DNA of 64,000 nucleotides from the IMG/VR virus record IMGVR_UViG_3300032931_000905, positions 25,021 to 89,020 of that record, one strand, 5' to 3'. The translations under genes were made by a program, and so were the position numbers. Shown piece after piece: positions 39,327 through 45,550 of this stretch; the first letter of the stretch is position 1; each line of letters starts with the position of its first letter. The DNA is from a virus. The notes under the pieces were generated by a model. The model saw nothing but the letters and a program-made list of their open reading frames with translations, was not told the origin of the DNA and made no database searches.

Positions 39327-39400
39327 TGGTGCTCCCTCGGAGAATCGAACTCCGGTGTGCCGGTCTTCAGGCGGTCGCTCTACTTTTGAGCTATTGAGGC
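39327..39400 (-). tRNA. tRNA-Phe(GAA)-like, apparently chimeric or defective
   Basis: D and T arms intact but acceptor (GCCTCAA/AGGGAGC) and anticodon stems mispair. Confidence 0.55.
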
Positions 39401-39404
39401 ATAA

Positions 39405-39480
39405 TGGCTCCAGGGGCAGGGATCGAACCTGCGACATCCTCATTAACAGTGAGGCGCAACTACCGCTGTGCTACCCTGGA
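39405..39480 (-). tRNA. tRNA-Asn(GTT)
   Basis: CCTCA-CTGTTAA-TGAGG, GCCA. Confidence 0.92.
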
Positions 39481-39496
39481 ATACATTCTATACTTA

Positions 39497-39570
39497 TGGT
39501 AGGGGTTCATGGTACCGCCCCATGGTTCACGGCTTCAGAAACCGTTGTCTTGCTATTAGACGAAACCCCT
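39497..39570 (-). tRNA. tRNA-Gln(CTG)
   Basis: ACGGT-TTCTGAA-GCCGT, CCA. Confidence 0.82.
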
Positions 39571-39575
39571 ATAAA

Positions 39576-39650
39576 TGGAAGCCCCCGTTGGAGTTGCACC
39601 AACCTAATCCGGGTCAAAGCCGGATGCCTAAGCTGCTCGGCCAGGAGGCA
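39576..39650 (-). tRNA. tRNA-Gln(TTG)
   Basis: TCCGG-CTTTGAC-CCGGA, CCA. Confidence 0.85.
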
Positions 39651-39667
39651 ATAATTTCTTTTTTCTT

Positions 39668-39742
39668 TGGTGGTCCGCCAGGGAATTGCACCCTGTTCCC
39701 CGGTTTAAGAGACCGGTGCTCATCTACTAAAGCTTGCAGACC
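39668..39742 (-). tRNA. tRNA-Lys(CTT)
   Basis: CCGGT-CTCTTAA-ACCGG, CCA. Confidence 0.87.
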
Positions 39743-39750
39743 GTCTATCT

Positions 39751-39825
39751 TGGAGTACCGGATAGGAATTGCACCTACATAGAGCGGCTTTGCAGGCCGC
39801 TGCCTCGCTATTCAGCCACCGGTAC
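39751..39825 (-). tRNA. tRNA-Cys(GCA)
   Basis: GCGGC-CTGCAAA-GCCGC, TCCA. Confidence 0.88.
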
Positions 39826-39942
39826 AAAATTCTCGTTACCAGGTAAACAGAACCCATCCTACTGAGAGGGAAAAGGACCTATAGTTATCTCGGTCCACTG
39901 TGGCATCGTATAGTAAATGACCCCACATGATACCCTCCATTA

Positions 39943-40018
39943 TGGCGCGCCGGACGGGAATCGAACCCGCTTGGTTCTCCTCGACAGGGAGATGTCCTTA
40001 CCAAATGACTCCCAGCGC
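39943..40018 (-). tRNA. tRNA-Asp(GTC)
   Basis: TCTCC-CTGTCGA-GGAGA, GCCA. Confidence 0.87.
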
Positions 40019-40174
40019 ATTTATTCTTTATCTCTTGCTTCCTTTTCCATGCGCTTGATCTTGTCCAGGTCCTTTGCGGTCCAACAGGGAGCCGCCCCAA
40101 CCTTATGTGGTTTGCACATCGGACAACTTCTCTTCTTGGACTTGTAAACTTTCATCAAGTCTCCTGTCAACTTA

Positions 40175-40258
40175 TGGTGGAGGTAGTAGGAATCGAACCT
40201 ACTGGGTATTAGCAAGGCTTTTACAGAGCCCCCTCGCGCCGTACGAGACTATACCTCC
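40175..40258 (-). tRNA. tRNA-Tyr(GTA)
   Basis: GGGCT-CTGTAAA-AGCCT, extended variable region, CCA. Confidence 0.85.
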
Positions 40259-40264
40259 GTTCAC

Positions 40265-40429
40265 TGGTCGGCAGGCGCCTTTCCGTCTTGCATCAGAAGA
40301 ACAATGCCGCTCGGCGAAACGCCGCGGAACTGATCTTTCCTAAGCCGTCATGGTGGCTATCCTGCCTCAATCGAAAACTTTGGGCACGTAAGCACTTCGT
40401 AGTGGTACGCATCAAGCAACCCGCCGACC
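40265..40429 (-). ncRNA. unassigned ~165-nt structured RNA with acceptor-like stem and ACCA end
   Basis: 5' GGTCGGCGGG pairs with 3' CCTGCCGACC(A); internal hairpins. Confidence 0.5.
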
Positions 40430-40460
40430 TCTATCTTTGGGGCGCTTGACTGCCCCGCCG

Positions 40461-40535
40461 TGGTGCCCCCACTGGGTATCGATCCCAGTTTTTCTGCTTG
40501 AAAGGCAGATGAACTAGCCAGTATTCGATGGGGGC
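40461..40535 (-). tRNA. tRNA-Glu(TTC)
   Basis: TCTGC-CTTTCAA-GCAGA, CCA. Confidence 0.87.
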
Positions 40536-40549
40536 GTAGTTCAAAAATG

Positions 40550-40833
40550 TAGGGTAACTTAATCAGCCTTTAGGCCTTGCTGAAGGAAACGCGCATTTCC
40601 CGTCTGGACTTACTTTGGTGGCCAGACTCTCGTTACCACTTGCTCGTCAAAAATTTGGGGTGCCTTGGTCCTCAGTTATTCCCCGGCAGGGAGGACTCCG
40701 CGAATTGCCAGGCCAGATGTTCCCAGATTCAGCACCCCTTGGGAACCCACGAAATATGCCGGGGGAAGATTTCACGTTCGTACCAACTTCTTCGGATTTT
40801 GAATAACGCACCATATCTATGCACGTTACCCCA
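40550..40833 (-). ncRNA. unassigned ~280-nt structured, probably pseudoknotted RNA
   Basis: Terminal GGGTAAC/GTTACCC; internal CCCCGGCA/TGCCGGGG, GTTCCCA/TGGGAAC, GGGGTGC/GCACCCC, GTCCTC/GAGGAC, GTCTGG/CCAGAC. Confidence 0.6.
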
Positions 40834-40926
40834 GTCCGTTGGTGTTCCGACCCGACTCTCTGCCTCTGATCTTCTGAGAGGACTTAAAATGACCGGCGCT
40901 TCTGATCGTGGTACCGGGCTTCCACT

Positions 40927-41184
40927 TTAGACCATACTTAACTGGACACTAAAACCACACCATGTTCCTGCAAGCCCAACAGCCGGATCTTTTTCTCGGA
41001 TTCGTTCCAGTTCAGTGATGGCGGCTCTCACGGCATCATTGACCTTCGTAAAATCTCCTACCCCGTTCACTATCGCGGCCCTAGACGTAAAAAACGAAAT
41101 CCCATTGATTATGACCCTGAACCGCTGAAACGTCTCAAACTCTTTCACAGCTTGTTTCCTCTGTTGTGTTTTCTCAATCATCAT
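40927..41184 (-). CDS. hypothetical early protein
   Basis: ATG just downstream of a TTGACT-N17-TATACT promoter (41190-41218). Confidence 0.6.
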   Translation of the reverse strand: MMIEKTQQRKQAVKEFETFQRFRVIINGISFFTSRAAIVNGVGDFTKVNDAVRAAITELERIREKDPAVGLAGTWCGFSVQLSMV

Positions 41185-41272
41185 ATTAAGAGTATAACAG
41201 AGCCCCTACACAGAGTCAAGCATTATTTGCCACATTAGAGAAATATAATGTACTGCAAAATCAACAACTTAG

Positions 41273-41361
41273 TGGTACACCGGTTGGGAATCGGACCCAA
41301 TCGAGGTGGTAATCTGCCACAAAGAGGTTATAAATCTCTCTTGCCTCCAAGGCGCCGGTGC
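41273..41361 (-). tRNA. tRNA with TAT anticodon (Ile) and long variable arm
   Basis: AGAGA-TTTATAA-CCTCT; V arm GTGG-CAGATTA-CCAC; very short D loop; CCA. Confidence 0.75.
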
Positions 41362-41448
41362 AAAACTTTTATGAGCGGAAGACTGGTAACTACGTCTTCC
41401 CTTTCCCCTCTGCGCTGTCTCACCAATTACAGAGGACTCAAAAACTTA

Positions 41449-41522
41449 TGGTGGGACGCAAGGGACTTGCACCCTCATCTTTCGGCTTAAAAGGCCGATA
41501 TTCTGCGTTGAACTAACGTCCC
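41449..41522 (-). tRNA. tRNA-Lys(TTT)
   Basis: TCGGC-CTTTTAA-GCCGA, CCA. Confidence 0.87.
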
Positions 41523-41529
41523 GTCTCTA

Positions 41530-41606
41530 TGGTGCGCCTGAGAGGATTTGAACCTCCACTGTACGGTTTCTAAAACCGTCGCCTCCTGCCGTTGGGCTAC
41601 AGGCGC
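41530..41606 (-). tRNA. tRNA-Leu(TAG), short variable loop
   Basis: ACGGT-TTTAGAA-ACCGT, CCA. Confidence 0.88.
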
Positions 41607-41613
41607 GTAATGT

Positions 41614-41687
41614 TGGTCGCGGTAGAGGAACTTGCATCCTCTCGATACGACTTATGAAATCGTTCGGCTTCGCTGGTGCCTACCGCG
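41614..41687 (-). tRNA. tRNA-Met/Ile2(CAT)
   Basis: ACGAT-TTCATAA-GTCGT, CCA; atypical D arm. Confidence 0.72.
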
Positions 41688-42309
41688 TCTGCTTCATTTT
41701 TCTACCCTTGATCCATCCAACCGGAATAGGATCGGTCTTTTTTATTTGACCATTCTCGTATGTCTGAGGATTCGTAATCCATATTTTACCAAAATTAGGA
41801 TTTCGTTCTCCAAGATTAGCAATGGCGTTGGCTGCGCCTATTTTCTTTTTGCTTTCATCAGAATGGTGCTTGCCGGCGAATCCATTCACCATCAAACCAT
41901 TAGCCCAGGCATCCTTTGCTGTCTGCCTACATATCTCTATAGTTTGGGGTGTATGTCTTTTACCAAGGAAAGGACGGGCTGATTTCCCTCCCAGGCTATG
42001 TAAACGGCGCCAATCTTCGGGTGTTCTATTCCTATTGATGAAATCAAATCCCCCTTCACCACCAGATTTCAAATTATAACTTTGTGGTCCAAGGACGACC
42101 AATTCTTTTTCTTTGGTAAACATTTCCTCCGCTGAGGAGGCTTCAAATAAAATCTCTTTCTTGAAATTATCCAGTCCGTATTTCGTGACGGCTTGCTTCA
42201 GGACTGTACCGGAACCCATGTACCCATCATCTTTATCTAAGGTCTTATGGCATCCGATATAGGTTTTTCCATTCAGGACATTCATAATTTGGTATACAAG
42301 ATAGTGCAT
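41680..42309 (-). mobile_element. GIY-YIG/NUMOD3 homing endonuclease (Seg-like)
   Basis: VYQI.N..NGK.YIG.H..DDGYMGSG, YNL..GG.GG, GK.H..E motifs; late promoter at ~42331. Confidence 0.88.
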
Positions 42310-42385
42310 AGTTAGTCTCCTTCTATGCACTATTTATAATAGTTCAATACCTAGGTATCAAACTCCCCCTGTTTCTCAAGAGGGC

Positions 42386-42462
42386 GGGTTGCGGGTACTG
42401 GAAATCGAATCCAGTGAACTCCAGGTTATGAGCCTGGTGAGATGCCACTTCTCCAACCCGCA
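42386..42462 (-). tRNA. tRNA-Met(CAT), initiator-like; 3' end ACCC rather than ACCA
   Basis: GCGGG.TGGAG 5' part, CCAGG-CTCATAA-CCTGG. Confidence 0.8.
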
Positions 42463-42708
42463 GATTCTTTATAATGGCAATAACTCTTCTTCTAAAACTT
42501 CTGGCCAATAGATTCCACCAGCGTGAACGGGCTCCCTCACTTCATAGACCCAGGACTTCTCTAACACAGACCAAAAAACATCCTCCACCTTCAAGACGGT
42601 ATCTCCTATACGCCTGACCTTCTGCCCAATATTAAACTTGGAGTCATTCATCGGGATATCTGACTCGGTACGATAATCTTTCACCTTCATGGTCTCTCCC
42701 ATAATAAA

Positions 42709-42948
42709 TTAGACTGCTTTCTTGATCCGCACCAGGTGGTACGAATCCACCACTTCATGAGTCAAGATCGTATGCCCATCCTGTTCGACACTTCTAGGCA
42801 CATTCTTAATCGGGGCCCCATCATCGAGCAGGACCGCAAGGATCTGCCCTTCTTCCAGGTCATCCAATTGTAACTTTGTTTTCACAAAATTAAACGGACA
42901 CATCACCCCGCGCAAATCTAAAAATTCTTCCTCACCAATTTTGCTCAT
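42709..42948 (-). CDS. TusA family sulfurtransferase
   Basis: LDLRGVMCPFNFVKTKL.LD.L..GQ.L.V.LDDG.P..NVP.S...GH. Confidence 0.92.
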   Translation of the reverse strand: MSKIGEEEFLDLRGVMCPFNFVKTKLQLDDLEEGQILAVLLDDGAPIKNVPRSVEQDGHTILTHEVVDSYHLVRIKKAV

Positions 42949-42951
42949 ATG

Positions 42952-43107
42952 TTACTTTCGATGCGCCTGGATCGCGGCACTTAACTTTCGATACACTTCT
43001 TTGGCGGCCATGGTCCATTCCTCTTGCGCCGGGTACCCGAGAAACGCGGCCTCTGAGGCTTTCTGTTCATCATAGGACAAGGATCGAACGGGTACTTTCG
43101 TTTCCAT
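42952..43107 (-). CDS. 51-aa hypothetical protein (METKVPVRSLSYDEQKASEAAF...)
   Basis: GGAGG SD; below the ORF-track size cutoff; resembles (from memory) a small Nitrospira protein family. Confidence 0.6.
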   Translation of the reverse strand: METKVPVRSLSYDEQKASEAAFLGYPAQEEWTMAAKEVYRKLSAAIQAHRK

Positions 43108-43135
43108 GTGACCTCCATAGATGGAAGAATCCTAC

Positions 43136-43207
43136 TGAGGCGTCCTGACCGCTAGACGAACCCGCGTCGAATGCCGCCGGTGCAGGATTCGAACCTGCGT
43201 TTCCTCA
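43136..43207 (-). ncRNA. circularly permuted tRNA-like module (YrlA/Y-RNA-like)
   Basis: Order TGAGG - T arm (GCAGG TTCGAAT CCTGC) - acceptor-like stem closed by a loop - D arm (GTCT AGCGGTC AGGAC) - CCTCA. Confidence 0.75.
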
Positions 43208-43218
43208 TGCTCTACAAA

Positions 43219-43293
43219 TGGTCTAGGTGACAGGATTCGAACCTGCATGATCTCGGCCCCAAACCGAGTGCCTGGCCATTAGGCTACACCTAG
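43219..43293 (-). tRNA. tRNA-Pro(TGG)
   Basis: CTCGG-TTTGGGG-CCGAG, CCA. Confidence 0.88.
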
Positions 43294-43311
43294 ATACGCT
43301 CTACAAACTTA

Positions 43312-43385
43312 TGGTGGACCGCCAGGGAGTCTCACCCTGTCTTCTCCGGTGCAAGCGGAGTGTGCTCATGTAACACCTGCGGCCC
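43312..43385 (-). tRNA. tRNA-Ala(TGC)
   Basis: CTCCG-CTTGCAC-CGGAG, G3-U70, CCA. Confidence 0.85.
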
Positions 43386-43468
43386 GTATGTTTATCGTCT
43401 AAGGGTTATATCGTGAATCAATCTGGCCATTTAGCGGCCACGGAGCAACTCACAACCCTTAGACTACA

Positions 43469-43541
43469 TGGGTGACGGACGGGTACTGCCCCCGCGTATC
43501 CTGTGCCACAAACAGGCGCTCTACTATTGAGCTACAGTCAC
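43469..43541 (-). tRNA. tRNA-His(GTG)
   Basis: CCTGT-TTGTGGC-ACAGG, CCA. Confidence 0.82.
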
Positions 43542-43570
43542 AATCGATCCTCAGTGTCTCTCTGAGGAAA

Positions 43571-43644
43571 TGGAGCCGAAACCGGGAATCGAACCCGAAT
43601 CCACGCATTACAAGTGCGTTATGTTTCCATTACACCATTCCGGC
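43571..43644 (-). tRNA. tRNA-Thr(TGT)
   Basis: ACGCA-CTTGTAA-TGCGT, CCA. Confidence 0.9.
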
Positions 43645-44161
43645 ATCTCTCAAAATGATAACGCTTCATTGCATTTCTACCTCCGACCTTTTGGCAGCGA
43701 GGACAGGTGACCTTTGAGTAGGTGACCCCAGTTTTACTTAAAATCATTTTCCTAACCTGTGACTCAGGTATCTTTTTTCCTCTCCAAATAGCACCAGCAG
43801 CATCCTTTTGTTTTTGAGAATTTTTCATGCCAAGCCGTGCTTGGTTTCCTTTCATGAATTCAACTCTGGCGGCATTCTGTTCTGCGGTACGCTTGACTCC
43901 CAGGGCTCTCTTCTTTCCTGTATTAGCAAACGATGCTGCCAATCTATGTGCTTCCTCTTTTCCTATCTGCTTTGAAATACTCAATGCCGCAATGTTGTCG
44001 TACTGACTCCCATTCAATTCTACGAGTAACCGGTGAACCTGAGCATGTTGTTCTGTTGTCAGGTTCACCAAATTCTCTTGAGCGTTCAAACCTCTGACAT
44101 TTCCAAACCGACTCTTCCACTCATGTCGGGGTATTACATGATGCCACGGCATACGATCCAC
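43619..44161 (-). mobile_element. HNH-NUMOD homing endonuclease
   Basis: HHVIPRHEW..NLV.LT.EQHA..H; C-terminal CPRC..MKRYHF..C. Confidence 0.75.
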
Positions 44162-44689
44162 CTATTCAAGAGAAGTATGCCAATAAAGGTATGAAACCCA
44201 GTTCTCCGGGGTCTTACGGATACCCACGGTCACGGTCAACACCTGGCTCCATACGGGTTGCTTCGGTGTCTTGAGCAAACGCATTCCTGCTTGCCCTGGT
44301 GTGCGCCCCGCCTTACGAGAATTGCACGGTACGCAAGCCGTGATAATGTTTTCCCAGGACTTCTTGCCACCCAAGGCCACTGGGTTCACATGGTCGAAAG
44401 TCAGTTCTTCCGTGGGGAACTTCACACCACAGTATCCGCACTTGCAACCGTCACGGGCAAAAATGTTCGCCCTGGTAAACTTGACTGGGATCTTGCGCTT
44501 GAGTCTGACCATGGTCAACATTCGCAAGACCGAAGGGATCTTCATGGAAAACGAAATCGAATGGATCTCTTCATCGTGTTCCTCAATGACTTCCGCCTTC
44601 CCCTGGCACCAGAGGGTCACGGCTCGTTGCCACGACACAATCTGCAAGGGCTCGTAACTGTGATTCAGCACTAATGTAAAGGCGCTCAT
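44162..44689 (-). CDS. HNH endonuclease (McrA-like)
   Basis: LVLN.SYEPL..VSW.RA, R.NIF.RD...C.YCG, TFDHV.P..GG..WEN....C..CN..K. Confidence 0.9.
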   Translation of the reverse strand: MSAFTLVLNHSYEPLQIVSWQRAVTLWCQGKAEVIEEHDEEIHSISFSMKIPSVLRMLTMVRLKRKIPVKFTRANIFARDGCKCGYCGVKFPTEELTFDHVNPVALGGKKSWENIITACVPCNSRKAGRTPGQAGMRLLKTPKQPVWSQVLTVTVGIRKTPENWVSYLYWHTSLE

Positions 44690-44713
44690 AATAACTTCCT
44701 TCTTGAAGGCACA

Positions 44714-44787
44714 TGGCATACCTACGAGGAATTGCACCCCGATCATTCGTTTTGGAGACGAATATGTTGCTGTTACACCACAGGTAT
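44714..44787 (-). tRNA. tRNA-Trp(CCA)
   Basis: TTCGT-CTCCAAA-ACGAA, GCCA. Confidence 0.86.
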
Positions 44788-45015
44788 ATGTCTCTTGTGG
44801 TATGGACCGCGTTTCTTTCCGATCATTCGTTCAGACTTCTTGCAATTCCTCAAGAATGAATGGGCCAATGCTGCCAACCACCACAAGTCAATCGTTCATA
44901 ATCCGATACGGCTTGTTACCGTCGAAGCAGCACCTTATGATTGCCCTTCCGCATGTCAGTAGTTGCACTTCCCTTCATGCGTCTAGGACCCTGTCTTGGC
45001 CAGAACAGGAGGTAT

Positions 45016-45089
45016 TGGTACGCATTCACAGAATTGCACTGTGATCATCCGCTAATCGGGCGGAGGTACTGCTGTTGTACGAAATGCGT
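45016..45089 (-). tRNA. tRNA-Ile(GAT)
   Basis: TCCGC-CCGATTA-GCGGA (C33), CCA. Confidence 0.78.
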
Positions 45090-45097
45090 ATACTATT

Positions 45098-45175
45098 TGG
45101 TGGAGTGCCTGGGGTTCCAACCCAGCTATATCCTACATGCCATGCAGGTGACCACCGCCAGCAGTCTCGCACCCC
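45098..45175 (-). tRNA. tRNA-Ala(GGC)
   Basis: CCTGC-ATGGCAT-GTAGG, G3-U70, CCA. Confidence 0.82.
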
Positions 45176-45192
45176 AAATTCTTCCCACATTC

Positions 45193-45301
45193 TGAGAGTG
45201 TCTTCTGGTTGTTGGTCGCCGATACCCTAGGGCATATGACCTCCCCACTCTACGGTCGCGCTCACCAGATCGTTCACTATATCCCGTGGAGGGCACTCTC
45301 A
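45193..45301 (-). ncRNA. unassigned ~110-nt structured RNA at the head of the tRNA island
   Basis: TGAGAGTG/CACTCTCA closing stem; internal TCTGGT/ACCAGA, GACC/GGTC. Confidence 0.5.
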
Positions 45302-45321
45302 TGATTCAAAAATTCTTCCCC

Positions 45322-45360
45322 AAAAACAAAAAAGAGCGGGGATTTCTCCCTCGCTCTTTT
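45322..45360 (-). terminator. intrinsic terminator (attenuator candidate) upstream of the tRNA island
   Basis: AAAAGAGCGAGGGA-GAAA-TCCCCGCTCTTTTTTGTTTTT. Confidence 0.85.
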
Positions 45361-45392
45361 GGTAACCTATGACTGGGAGAAGTCGATAGGTC

Positions 45393-45497
45393 TTACATAT
45401 CGGTACCGAACATTGGAATCCCAAAGGACGCCTGCCAGGCATTCATGCCTTCAGGTGATTGGGTATTCAGTTTGCTATAAGTACAATGGCTCTGCAT
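45393..45497 (-). CDS. putative leader peptide MQSHCTYSKLNTQSPEGMNAWQASFGIPMFGTDM
   Basis: 34 sense codons between promoter and terminator; 18 amino acids, 27 distinct codons. Confidence 0.6.
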   Translation of the reverse strand: MQSHCTYSKLNTQSPEGMNAWQASFGIPMFGTDM

Positions 45498-45521
45498 AAT
45501 CGTTCTCACACCGTTAAAGAG

Positions 45522-45550
45522 AGTATAACACAATCAGGATCGCTTGTCAA
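45522..45550 (-). promoter_or_regulatory. sigma70 promoter at the head of the tRNA island
   Basis: TTGACA-N17-TATACT with TG just upstream of -10 and AAAATAG upstream of -35. Confidence 0.85.

Noticed and set aside
37460-40100. Many short ORFs across the tRNA island
   Set aside because: Most overlap tRNA genes and are translation artefacts; only SD-led spacer ORFs were kept
40550-40833. RNase P RNA or group I intron as the identity of the structured RNAs
   Set aside because: No GAGGAAAGUCC / CGGCUUA P4 signatures, no recognisable P7 core, and no interrupted exon
35651-45175. Suppressor tRNA or stop-codon recoding
   Set aside because: No CTA, TTA or TCA anticodon found; core genes translate intact in code 11 using all three stops
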